NCBI GenBank assembly: GCA_963674595.2
Contig: CAXXFV010000009.1
Span: forward strand, 128,001-192,000
DNA: 64,000 nucleotides
From: a bacterium
GTDB taxonomy: Bacteria; Zhuqueibacterota; Zhuqueibacteria; Residuimicrobiales; Krinioviventaceae
Direction: 5' to 3'
The notes below the pieces were generated by a model. It did not search any database, had not been told where the DNA came from, and saw nothing but the letters and a program-made list of their open reading frames with translations. How positions within the stretch are numbered: position 1 is the stretch's first letter; the number at the start of each line of letters is the position of its first letter. Position numbers and translations under genes: made by a program. Shown here piece by piece: positions 18,179 through 27,850 of the stretch.

Positions 18179-20353
18179 GTGGTAGTCCTCATGCCCCATC
18201 AAACGAAGAAAACGAACAACCGATGCAAAATAAAACTATCTGAAGAGATTAAAGATTCAATTCTCAATCTATCACCGGATTTAGTCTGTGTTATCGGTAT
18301 GGACGGATATTTCAAATATGTAAACCCTGCCTGGGAAAAATTACTTGGATATACCGAAAAAGAATTACTCTCAAAACCCATCCTGGAATTAATACATCCT
18401 GATGACCATACTAAAAATAATGAACAACTTGCTCGTTTATCAAAGGGAGAAATTACTAAAAACTTTGAAATTCGAATCATCTGTAAGGACAGTACAATTA
18501 AGTATATTCAGTGGACTGCAACACCTGATATTAAAGAAAAGACAGTTTATTGTACTGGCAGAGATATTACCGAACGCAAAAAGGCTGAAAAAATATTCCA
18601 GGATTCAGATATAAGGAACAAAATATATGTTAAAAACGCACCACTTGGAATATTTGTCGTTAATAGCAAAGGTAAATATATTGATGTTAATCCGAAAGCA
18701 TGTAAGTTATTGGGTTATACACGGAATGAATTATTACAACTATCCATTTCAGATGTTTCAAATTCTAAAGAAACTATCGAAATTTTCCAGCGATTAAAGG
18801 AAGCAGGGCTCGTTGATTGTGAAATTGAACTAAAGAAAAAAGATGGTTCAATTGTCAATGTTTTATTAGATGCTGTCTCTTTGCCTAAAGATCAGTTTAT
18901 GGCTTTTTGTACTGACATTACCGAGAGAAAATTGACGCAGGAGGCTTTGAAAGAAAGTGAAAGACAATTTAGAAGAGCAATTACTGATTCGCCTGTGCCT
19001 ATTATGATCTATAACGAGGATGGTAATGTTCTACAATTAAGTAAAGGTTGGACAGATTATTCGGGTTATACCATTGAAGATATTCCAACTGTATCTGCCT
19101 GGACCCAAAAAGCCTATGGATCAGCTTCGGGTAGTAAAAAAAAGTATATTGATAAACTCTTTGAGATTGATAAAACAGTATATAATTGCGAATTGAATAT
19201 TACGGCAAAGAATGGTTCAAAAAGAATCTGGGAATTCAGAACGACGCCCATAGGAAAAAACTCCAGTGGAAAAAGATTGCTGCATAGTATGGCTGTGGAT
19301 ATCACCAAACGTAAGCAAATGGAAGAAGCCCTCCTGAAAAATCAAAAACGTTACAAAAAAGCTCAGGCCATGGGCCATGTCGGCAACTGGGAATATGACC
19401 CTGTCACAACAAAATTTTGGGGTTCGGATGAAGCCAAAAGGATCTATGGTTTTGAATTGGAGAGCCCGGATTTTACAACAGAGAATGTGGAAAGCTGCAT
19501 TCCGGAAAGAGAACGGGTGCATCAGGCGTTAATCGATCTGTTAGAACACAATAAAAAATACGATCTGGTCTTTGATATCATAACGGCTGATAAGGGAATT
19601 CGTAAAACGATTCATTCAATAGCCGAGGTAGAAAGCGATGCTCAGGGCAACGTTAAAAAGGTTACCGGTGTTATCAGTGATATTACCGAACATAAAATAA
19701 ATGAAGACAAAATTAAAGCTTCACTTGAAGAAAAAGAAATTCTATTGCGCGAACTCTCTCACAGAACGAAAAACAATATGCAAGTCGTTTCATCCATGCT
19801 TAGACTATACGCAAAACGGGAATCTAATGAAAAAATTGACCTCATATTTACGGAGATTGAAGGAAAAATCCTATCAATGGCACTTGTACATCAATTGTTA
19901 TATGAATCCAAAGACTTGTCACATTTAAATTTAAATGATTATATAACAAAGTTGATACCTTTGATAAAATCGAGTTACCTTATTTCAAACCATATCCGGT
20001 TTTTTTGTGAATGCGAGGACATTAATATACTCATCGATACGGCTGCCCCCCTAGGATTGGTTATAAATGAATTGATATCAAATAGTATTAAACATGCCTT
20101 TCCCGATAACCGGGAGGGAATGATAAAAATTAACATATCAACATCCAGGGAAAATGAACTTGTTATTATTATTAGTGATGATGGTATTGGTTTTAAGGAC
20201 GGATTTGATATAAAAAAAGATATTAATTTAGGGCTTAAAACAGTATTTAATCTGGTTAAAAACCAGCTTGATGGGCGGATTCAGGTTGACAGTAATAATG
20301 GCTTAAGATGGGAGATTGAGCTAAAAGAGGAACAATATATGCCAAGGCTCTGA
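18179..20353 (+). CDS. Multi-PAS HisKA_2 sensor histidine kinase
   Basis: Four PAS/PAC repeats ending in DITE/DITK; RELSHRTKNNMQ; NELISNSIKHAF; DDGIG. Confidence 0.93.
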   Translation: MVVLMPHQTKKTNNRCKIKLSEEIKDSILNLSPDLVCVIGMDGYFKYVNPAWEKLLGYTEKELLSKPILELIHPDDHTKNNEQLARLSKGEITKNFEIRIICKDSTIKYIQWTATPDIKEKTVYCTGRDITERKKAEKIFQDSDIRNKIYVKNAPLGIFVVNSKGKYIDVNPKACKLLGYTRNELLQLSISDVSNSKETIEIFQRLKEAGLVDCEIELKKKDGSIVNVLLDAVSLPKDQFMAFCTDITERKLTQEALKESERQFRRAITDSPVPIMIYNEDGNVLQLSKGWTDYSGYTIEDIPTVSAWTQKAYGSASGSKKKYIDKLFEIDKTVYNCELNITAKNGSKRIWEFRTTPIGKNSSGKRLLHSMAVDITKRKQMEEALLKNQKRYKKAQAMGHVGNWEYDPVTTKFWGSDEAKRIYGFELESPDFTTENVESCIPERERVHQALIDLLEHNKKYDLVFDIITADKGIRKTIHSIAEVESDAQGNVKKVTGVISDITEHKINEDKIKASLEEKEILLRELSHRTKNNMQVVSSMLRLYAKRESNEKIDLIFTEIEGKILSMALVHQLLYESKDLSHLNLNDYITKLIPLIKSSYLISNHIRFFCECEDINILIDTAAPLGLVINELISNSIKHAFPDNREGMIKINISTSRENELVIIISDDGIGFKDGFDIKKDINLGLKTVFNLVKNQLDGRIQVDSNNGLRWEIELKEEQYMPRL

Positions 20354-20506
20354 AAGTGTTTAGTTTAAAATTTATTTGTTAAAAACAGTGAGCAAGCAGG
20401 CTGGGGCTGTATTTGAGATTTGGCAACTAACAAAAATATAGTGATTAACTGTTGGGTCCAAAATGATGAAGTCAACCTGTGATTGAGGAATATGACTGTT
20501 TTCGTA

Positions 20507-20529
20507 AGCTCTATTTTTGGAGCTTTTTT
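20507..20529 (+). terminator. Intrinsic terminator
   Basis: AAGCTCTA...TGGAGCTT followed by a T-run. Confidence 0.55.
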
Positions 20530-20662
20530 ATTTTTATTATGGGTGAATTACCCACAAAATATGATCCTCGGATATTTGATATATTTTTAAAATTTGCTTG
20601 CTCAGGTTTAATAAAATTTGTATTATTTAATTGACTTGATCAACACAGAGGGATTAAAATAT

Positions 20663-20757
20663 AACGGACTACATGACTGCATTGTACTAACCGAAGACTA
20701 GGGAGTATCCCGAACCTACCTTCCATAGTGCATTGTCTCTCATGGGTCCGTTTTTTT
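20663..20757 (+). ncRNA. Candidate small structured RNA upstream of the portal gene
   Basis: TTGACT-18 bp-TAAAAT promoter at 20631-20660; nested stems AACGGAC/GTCCGTT, CATGA/TCATG, TGTACTA/TAGTGCA, GAAG/CTTC, TAGG/CCTA; ends in a T8 run. Confidence 0.45.
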
Positions 20758-20890
20758 ATTGCAATTCCATCCAAGAGAAACTGCCTTATCTCAAGCTATG
20801 GGTGTATTACCCACAAAATATTGATTAATTACCCCTATTCTGCTATATATAGAATGTGTTGTTTAAATATATTCTATATATGGGCAGTTA

Positions 20891-21598
20891 ATGAACCTTC
20901 CAAAATTCAATCTTAATAAATATTTCCCACCAAAACAATCCAACAATGTTATTGTTAAATCCCAACTTTATTCTGCAAGTGACAGCCCGTTTCAGACCTA
21001 TTTAAACGGATATGAGCCGTTACGGTACAATTTAAAGATTTACAATATTCTCCGCGAAGCCATCCCTATTTTAGATGTTGCTGTGTTAAAGCTTCGGAGA
21101 TTGATCGGGGATTTTGAATATCGTTGTGATAATCCGAACGTTTTAAAAGCTTTGAACAACTTTAAAAAAGAAATCAAGGTCGGATATTTTCACAAAGGAC
21201 TACACGGGTGTTTACAACAAGTCTATGATTCAGCTCTGGCAAATGGTTATGGTGTCTTTGAGACAGTTCCTTTTGCCGGGTTAAATGGTGTTGACCGGTT
21301 AAAAGTCGGTGATGCTTCAAAGGTCCGTTTTATCCGGAAAGACGGCAGACTGTGGTTGGCTTCCATATCTCATGATGCTGCAAAACCTGTTATTTTAGAA
21401 CACCCGGAATTTGTTCAGTATTTGACATTTGATTTAAGAGACGGCCATCCCCAGGGTGTGAGTCTGTTTAATTCCATGCCTTTTGTTGCTGAGATATTAT
21501 TAAGAATTCAGCAATCGATAAAGAATGCTGTTGTCAGGATCGGTGATCCGACATTTGTGTTACTGATTGAAGGAGGGGTCTCAATCGTTCCGTGGTAA
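20891..21598 (+). pseudogene. Phage portal-like protein, C-terminally truncated
   Basis: YNILREAIPILDVAVLKLRRLIGDF, DSALANGYGVFE, HPQGVSLFNSMPFV..IL..I...RIGDP resemble a portal N-terminal half; last 6 codons derive from the repeat at 21578. Confidence 0.7.
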
Positions 21599-21764
21599 TT
21601 AGGCCTTTTCATGTTTTCACTGTCTCAATCTCAGCGGAGCGTAGCGACGCAAGGCCGCCCTCCATAGATTATTGATTTTGAAACATTGCAAAGCAAGCCA
21701 TAGAGAACAATCCTTTCGAACTCGCCACAAACGGCCCCTCCGTGGTGATTAGGTCTATTTCTAC
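21578..21764 (-). CRISPR. Degenerate CRISPR-like repeat pair; second repeat split by a ~105 bp insertion; no cas genes
   Basis: Repeat 1 GTCTCAATCGTTCCGTGGTAATTAGGCCTTTTCATG (21578-21613); repeat 2 GTCTCAATC (21622-30) plus CCTCCGTGGTGATTAGGTCTATTTCTAC (21737-64); the reconstructed minus strand is ~37 nt ending GGATTGAGAC. Confidence 0.5.
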
Positions 21765-21900
21765 TTAATTCGAGTGATTTCTCGTTTTTTATTGTTACAT
21801 TAATTCATAGTAACTAAAATCATTAAAACCATTTAATGGAATTGTGTTTAATGCCTCTTTTGGACTAGACCAGGTTCACATTATTTTTTTTAAATGAGGT

Positions 21901-22578
21901 TTGAAAAAACTCTTGAAATTAAAATCTATTAGTATTTTTATTGCAGATGATAATTGTCTGCTCCTTGAAGGTCTCGTCTCCATGTTAAAAGAACAGAGGG
22001 ATTTTACTGTTTTAGGCACCGCATCCTGCGGTCAGAATGCTATTGAACAAATAATTGAATTACAACCCGATGTAGCACTTATAGACATTGGCATGCCTGA
22101 CAAAGACGGGCTGGAAGTGACACAAATTTTGCATCAGAAATTACCCAAAATAAAAGTGATTATTCTTGGTTTGGTAGATTTGACTGATGAAATTATGGCC
22201 TGTATCGAAGCCGGGGCAACAGGATATGTATTAAAAGAAGACTCTTTTGAGCACCTGGTTGACACGATTCGAGCTGTTTACCAAAATGAAACATTCTGTT
22301 CACCCCGCATGGCGGCTTCGCTTTTCTCACGGATTGTCGAGTTGACAAAAGAAACCAGGGGACAAATACCAACAAATTCTGTAAACCTTACAGGGCGGGA
22401 GCTGGATGTAATAAATCTGATTGCAGAAGGCCTGCCGAATAAAGAAATTGCCAAACGGCTTTTTATAGAAACACAGACAGTAAAAAATCATATCCATAAC
22501 ATTCTTGACAAGCTGCAATTGCATAACCGCTTTGAAGCTGTAAACTATGCCCGTGAACGCAGTCTGTTAAAAAAATAA
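21901..22578 (+). CDS. NarL/LuxR-family response regulator
   Basis: IFIADD, PDVALIDIGMP, LTGRELDVINLIAEGLPNKEIA, TVKNHIHNIL. Confidence 0.95.
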   Translation: MKKLLKLKSISIFIADDNCLLLEGLVSMLKEQRDFTVLGTASCGQNAIEQIIELQPDVALIDIGMPDKDGLEVTQILHQKLPKIKVIILGLVDLTDEIMACIEAGATGYVLKEDSFEHLVDTIRAVYQNETFCSPRMAASLFSRIVELTKETRGQIPTNSVNLTGRELDVINLIAEGLPNKEIAKRLFIETQTVKNHIHNILDKLQLHNRFEAVNYARERSLLKK

Positions 22579-23103
22579 ATATGGGTCTCCCTTTTAAAGT
22601 ACTGGTACTTTTTGCATAAACTTCAAATCCGGTCTATCTCAAGTCTGGTCCCTTTCATAGTTCCATATTGAACCCTGGGGTCTATTGTTTCTCAACACTA
22701 AAATGCTGATATTATCAGGTATTTTATTTAAAAGAATGTCGTACCGAAAACTAATGTAATGTTTAAGTCGCCGATCTTGTATAACTTATTTTCGCCCCCA
22801 GAGAAATATCTATAAATATAGTCATCATTATACCACTAAAAGTAAACGGCGATCCTAAAATTTGCAGCCAATTACTTAAAGAACATCCACAATTAAAAAT
22901 TTTATACTAACAGTTGAGTACCAAGCTGTCTATATTTATTAAACAGGTTCATCAAGAAAATGCTTCAATTAACCTTCAGGGCAAACAATAGTAGATGTTA
23001 TCCGAGAATTGTTACAATTGTAACCGAAAAAATAAACTATTATCAATTGCGAGTGTTGGGATTAACTTTTAATACTTAGTTGCCAATAAGAAAGGAGTAA
23101 AAA

Positions 23104-23229
23104 ATGGACAACAAGGGCAAGAAAAATCAAAATAAAAGAATAAAACAAAAGTCAAAGCAAAAGGAAACCAAAGTTAAAAAGAAGGTGGTAAGAAATCAGA
23201 CGGCAGTGTTAGGGGACGACAAAAAATAA
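23104..23229 (+). CDS. Small Lys-rich protein (41 aa, not in the ORF track)
   Basis: AAGGAG RBS; MDNKGKKNQNKRIKQKSKQKETKVKKKVVRNQTAVLGDDKK. Confidence 0.5.
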   Translation: MDNKGKKNQNKRIKQKSKQKETKVKKKVVRNQTAVLGDDKK

Positions 23230-23767
23230 TTCCTTCTACGGATGAAAATCCTGTTCAAAATCATTCTTTTAAATAAAGGTAAATGTATCAATCAACACGT
23301 AACATTTATACAAAAACAATAGGTCCGAAAAGATTAAGTCTGGAAAAAGAGTATGGTGGTAAAAATGCAGAACGAAGGCAATATTATATTTGTAGGAATA
23401 AAAACAGTAAAAATCTGCACGATTAGCTTAATTCCAGTAAAGTATCTAAGAGACCTTTTTTCAGGAACAATGATCCCGAATTTCTCCAAGTGTTGTAAAT
23501 TGATTTCAAAGATTATATCATTAAAATTAGTAAAAGCTGGTCTTCTTTCGAAAATTTAAACAACTTGCTTCTGAATTTAAAAACCATGCTTAAAATGATA
23601 ACGTAATCAAAATATATGCACATACATCATTGCCGAATAGAACCTATAATTAGGGAATATTTCCATTATAATTCGGCTCAAAAATATTTATCGAGAATCA
23701 GCAGCGATACTTGGGAACTTTAATTAAATGAAATTCGATTATAAACGTTTAAATCAAAACGGAGAAT

Positions 23768-24046
23768 ATGATGAATATTTATGTTGGCAACCTATCACAT
23801 AATGTCAGTGAAGAGGATTTAAAACAATCGTTTGGAACCTTTGGGCAGATAGAATCAGTATCTATTGTCAAGGACAAATACAGCGGCGAATCACGAGGCT
23901 TTGGATTCGTAAAAATGCCGGTTAAAAATGAAGCACAATTGGCCATCGACGGCTTAAATGGCAAGGACTTGAAAGGAAAAAGTCTTAATGTCAATGAGGC
24001 CCGTTCTCGATCGGACAACAGCCGTAGTGAAGGGCAACGCTACTAA
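23768..24046 (+). CDS. RRM RNA-binding protein
   Basis: RNP2 IYVGNL, RNP1 RGFGFV, LNVNEAR. Confidence 0.95.
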   Translation: MMNIYVGNLSHNVSEEDLKQSFGTFGQIESVSIVKDKYSGESRGFGFVKMPVKNEAQLAIDGLNGKDLKGKSLNVNEARSRSDNSRSEGQRY

Positions 24047-24189
24047 AAATTAGCGTTTTTTCATAGGATGTAAACGCTTTGTAGGTGTACAATACCTTAT
24101 CGCTACTTAAACTCAATCGTCCGGATTTTTAGAATCATTCAAGTCAAAGCTTGATAATGACTGAGTGTAAAAACTGACGCAGAGCCTTC

Positions 24190-24346
24190 TGCGTATTCCG
24201 GAAGTCTGCAACTAGTTCCGGCTGAAAGTTTACCACTGGACAATCCAAACCTTTAGACAATTTTTATTTATAGAGGTGGCAGTTTTCAGCCGGATTGGGT
24301 GGCAACTTTCACCGGAATGGGTGGCAATTTTACTCCGGAATATGCA
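24190..24346. mobile_element. IS21-family miniature remnant (both ends, no transposase)
   Basis: Terminal inverted repeats TGCGTATTCCGG / CCGGAATATGCA; three tandem GGTGGCA...CCGGA subterminal repeats; flanks CCTTC/ACTTC may be a decayed target duplication. Confidence 0.75.
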
Positions 24347-24420
24347 ACTTCTTATCCAACAGGGACTTGGCCGCTGCCCATAGAATTATTTGGTTATCCA
24401 CAACAGAAAGGAGAGAAATA

Positions 24421-25539
24421 ATGACTCGACAAAACATATCGCTCGGAAAGGTCATGGGAATTCCTATTAGCCTGGATTATTCCTGGTTTCTGATTTTTGC
24501 ACTACTGACGTGGACACTGGGGACCAGTTACTATCCCGCCGAGTTTAAGAACTGGTCACCGCTGCTATATTGGTTCATGGGATCGGTAACGGCCATTATG
24601 CTCTTTATAAGCGTGCTGCTTCATGAGTTGGGACACTCTGCGATCGCTCTGCGGTACAAGATTCCTGTACGCAGCATCACGCTTTTCCTTTTTGGAGGAG
24701 TCGCACACATTGGGGCTGAACCGCCCAGTGCCGTTGCCGAGTTTCGTATCGCGATCGCGGGTCCCCTCGTGAGTTTAATTCTGGCAGTCTGTTTCTACGT
24801 GGTGCAGCCAGTGGTGGCAGGTATAGAACCTCTCATGGGTCTGGTAAAGTATCTGGCCTATATTAACCTGGCGTTGGTGATTTTCAATCTAATCCCTGGT
24901 TACCCACTGGATGGCGGCCGTGTGTTTCGTGCGATTGTCTGGGCTGTTACGAAGAATATGCGTCGCGCCACTCTTGTTGCTGCCAATGTAGGCCGGTTCT
25001 TTGGTTTCCTGTTCATTTTTATTGGGGTCTGGCAGATGTTCACAGGAAACTTTAGCGGCGGACTTTGGATCGCTTTTATAGGTTGGTTTCTCGACCATGC
25101 CGCCTCGGCGCAAGTACATCAAGTTTCGTCTCAGAGTTTATTAGCGGGCCATACCGTATCGCAAGCGATGAGCAGTCACTGTGCCGCTGTTCCTGAAGAC
25201 CTGACGCTGCAAAAATTGGTGGACGATCATATCCTCGGTAGTGCACAGCGCTGTTTCCTTGTCAACCGAGGAGAAAAATCCGTCGGTATGATGACACTGC
25301 ACCGGATAAAGGAAGTGTCGCGGCCTGACTGGGCCACGACGCGAGCGGGCCAGGTCATGCTTCCTTTAGAACAGCTAAAATGTACCAGTCCTGATGCTGA
25401 ACTTTGGGCTGCTCTTCAACAGATGGATCGCGATGGGGTCAACCAGTTGCCTGTCACGCGGGATAGCCGCATCATTGGTATGCTAAGCCGGGAAGATGTT
25501 ATTACCTTCCTGCGCACGTTGCAGGAACTCGGTAACTGA
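24421..25539 (+). CDS. Site-2 protease (M50) with two CBS domains
   Basis: HELGH, NLIPGYPLDGG, C-terminal CBS pair; start moved to 24421 (AAAGGAG RBS). Confidence 0.93.
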   Translation: MTRQNISLGKVMGIPISLDYSWFLIFALLTWTLGTSYYPAEFKNWSPLLYWFMGSVTAIMLFISVLLHELGHSAIALRYKIPVRSITLFLFGGVAHIGAEPPSAVAEFRIAIAGPLVSLILAVCFYVVQPVVAGIEPLMGLVKYLAYINLALVIFNLIPGYPLDGGRVFRAIVWAVTKNMRRATLVAANVGRFFGFLFIFIGVWQMFTGNFSGGLWIAFIGWFLDHAASAQVHQVSSQSLLAGHTVSQAMSSHCAAVPEDLTLQKLVDDHILGSAQRCFLVNRGEKSVGMMTLHRIKEVSRPDWATTRAGQVMLPLEQLKCTSPDAELWAALQQMDRDGVNQLPVTRDSRIIGMLSREDVITFLRTLQELGN

Positions 25540-25861
25540 CCGGCAACGCACGTGAATAATTGGTTATTGAACAGTAGTGCAAATAAATATATATCAAAAT
25601 ATTGTGAGAATAATTAACTTTTTATAAGTTGATTAACCGAATAATTTTTAAAAATTTATAGTTTCTCTTATAAAATTAGTTTCGTTGACACAACGAATCT
25701 GCAACACTAAAAGAAAGCAATTTCAGTTGACACAAGGGCTGTATTTAATTTTAAAGAAAATTGAAAAAATCGCCATTATACATGTTGCTTGCCTGAATTT
25801 TGCGGCACAGCATCCAGGTTATATTCATTATTATTAAAACACCAATTCTATAGGACAAAAC

Positions 25862-26806
25862 ATGTCTGATAAAATTTTTAGATGTAGAATGGATTTTTTA
25901 CCAGAAATAATTTCAATTGATGATGAATCTAATTCCTTAACGGTACTACTAAAACCCGACCCTATGAGATATGAGTGGCGAAAAGCAGAACAAAAAAAAT
26001 ATTTATATGACAAACTTGATAATATTCTATGCCCTGAACAAGTCTTTTATGATTTATCCAGACAAATAGTAAATCATCGCATCTCTTTGCAATCTCAAGA
26101 AATTGATGACATACCAATATGTACAGATTTCAGTAAACCTTTTATCGAAAAGGTTCTTAAAGGACAACAAATAGCACCCAGGTTGGAGGATAAATCAGAG
26201 GAATTTTTACAGTCTCTTGAAAGTGATAAATTGACTTTTGCTATCATTTCATTAGATGTTGTTGGTTCAACATCTCTATCTATTTCTCTGAATCCCAGTA
26301 CTTATGCAAATTTAATCTCTGTTGTTTTATGGAAATTAAGTGCAATTATCCCAAAATTTCATGGGCATGTTTTAAAATATACCGGTGATGGTCTTATTGC
26401 ATACTTTCCAGAGCCAGGTTTTATTACAAAAAACGATCTAGCCGTTGATTGTGCCGTGGCATTGAGACGAGTGATATATAAAGGATTGGATACAATATTT
26501 AAAGAGTTTGGTTGCCCTCCGATTGAAGTAAGAATCGGTATTGATACCGGTGAAGCATTTATTAAAATCATTGGCGATCCTAGTACCAAACAACACAAAG
26601 ATATAATCGGTGCTGTCGTCAGCCTGGCTGCAAAAATACAGGCTGTTACCAAACCAGGTGAAATATACATGGGAGAAACGACCTGTAGAAATTTACACAA
26701 TATGTGGAAAGAGAATATTGAGCTTGTTGAATTGAGTGATTACTGGAATTATAAAGGTAAAGACGGAAATATGTATAAGGTATATAAAATTAAATTTATA
26801 GAGTAG
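25862..26806 (+). CDS. Class III adenylate/guanylate cyclase domain protein
   Basis: SLDVVGST, KYTGDGLIAYF, VRIGIDTG, DIIGAVVSLAAKIQ. Confidence 0.88.
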   Translation: MSDKIFRCRMDFLPEIISIDDESNSLTVLLKPDPMRYEWRKAEQKKYLYDKLDNILCPEQVFYDLSRQIVNHRISLQSQEIDDIPICTDFSKPFIEKVLKGQQIAPRLEDKSEEFLQSLESDKLTFAIISLDVVGSTSLSISLNPSTYANLISVVLWKLSAIIPKFHGHVLKYTGDGLIAYFPEPGFITKNDLAVDCAVALRRVIYKGLDTIFKEFGCPPIEVRIGIDTGEAFIKIIGDPSTKQHKDIIGAVVSLAAKIQAVTKPGEIYMGETTCRNLHNMWKENIELVELSDYWNYKGKDGNMYKVYKIKFIE

Positions 26807-27193
26807 TTTTAATAATGTTGGTAAACATTTAAAAACGATATTTTGTAAATGAAAGACCGGCACAAAATAAATTAGCATACTATTTGGCTATTTTAAAAAA
26901 TGTGTAGCAAATTTGTAGTACCTGAAAATAGTAAATATTTGCTTTTTACTGTTGAATTAAGGTTAAAATCGTTTGTGATTTTAATTTATAATTTTTATAA
27001 TTAATTGTACAGGTTAAATAGGCGAGGAATTGACTGATCCTGTCATTGGGAATTGAAACAGCCTTTGGCGCAAATCTATAGATGATGTAATAAATAGTTT
27101 TTTTTAATGGATTTCGGCTTTGATTACTGATAGATACTTGAAAAACAAGAACCGATATTAATAAAATATTCATTTTTGGTCAGGATAATAATT

Positions 27194-27850
27194 GTGTCAA
27201 AAATACAGATTTTGTTAATCGAAGACAACAACCTTCTGAGAGAAGGTATCGCTGCCATGCTCAACGATCATAGTGAATTCAAAGTCATCGCAAAATCTGA
27301 AGATGGTGATGCGTTGCTTCAGGTAAAGAGCCTGAGGCAGCCCCCCGATGTTGTCCTTTTGGATCTGGGTCTGGAAAAAGTTAATAGTTTAAAGTTGATG
27401 GTCGTTCTTAAGAAAGAATTACCCACGACAAAGGTCATCGCAATGGACATTCTCCCCGATCACGTCGATATTATTGAGTTTGTGAAAGCCGGGGGATCCG
27501 GATTCATTCTTAAAAATGCCCCTTTAATGGATTGGATCGAAACCATCAAGATTGTCGCAACAGGTGAAAAAGTATTGCCCCCGGTTTTGACCCAATCACT
27601 CTTTACACAGATCGTCGATTTAGCCCTCAAAAAGAACCAGGGCATACCCACCGACTCTTACCAATTTACGAGTCGAGAACATCAAGTCGTCGATCTGATT
27701 GCGAAAGGCCTGAGCAACAAAGAAATTGCTGAATCACTCCACATCGCCACCTATACTGTCAAGAGCCATGTGCACAATATCCTGGAAAAGCTGGAACTCA
27801 GCACACGTCTGCAGATAGCGGCCTTTGTTCGCAAGGGAGAATCCGAATGA
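27194..27850 (+). CDS. NarL/LuxR-family response regulator (copy 1)
   Basis: ILLIED, PDVVLLD, GLSNKEIA, TVKSHVHNIL; near-identical to 41548-42204. Confidence 0.95.
   Translation: MSKIQILLIEDNNLLREGIAAMLNDHSEFKVIAKSEDGDALLQVKSLRQPPDVVLLDLGLEKVNSLKLMVVLKKELPTTKVIAMDILPDHVDIIEFVKAGGSGFILKNAPLMDWIETIKIVATGEKVLPPVLTQSLFTQIVDLALKKNQGIPTDSYQFTSREHQVVDLIAKGLSNKEIAESLHIATYTVKSHVHNILEKLELSTRLQIAAFVRKGESE

Noticed and set aside
20424-20460. attC site after the second kinase (CAACTAAC)
   Set aside because: Only an R''-like box is present, with no matching L'/R' arm found.
12418-21598. Intact inducible prophage
   Set aside because: The portal is truncated and no capsid, tail, lysis or integrase genes are present in the window.
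21578-21764. Functional CRISPR array
   Set aside because: Only two degenerate repeats, an 8-nt gap instead of a spacer, and no cas genes in the window.
24295-24420. N-terminal extension of the S2P protease
   Set aside because: It overlaps the IS21 end repeats; a strong RBS precedes ATG 24421.
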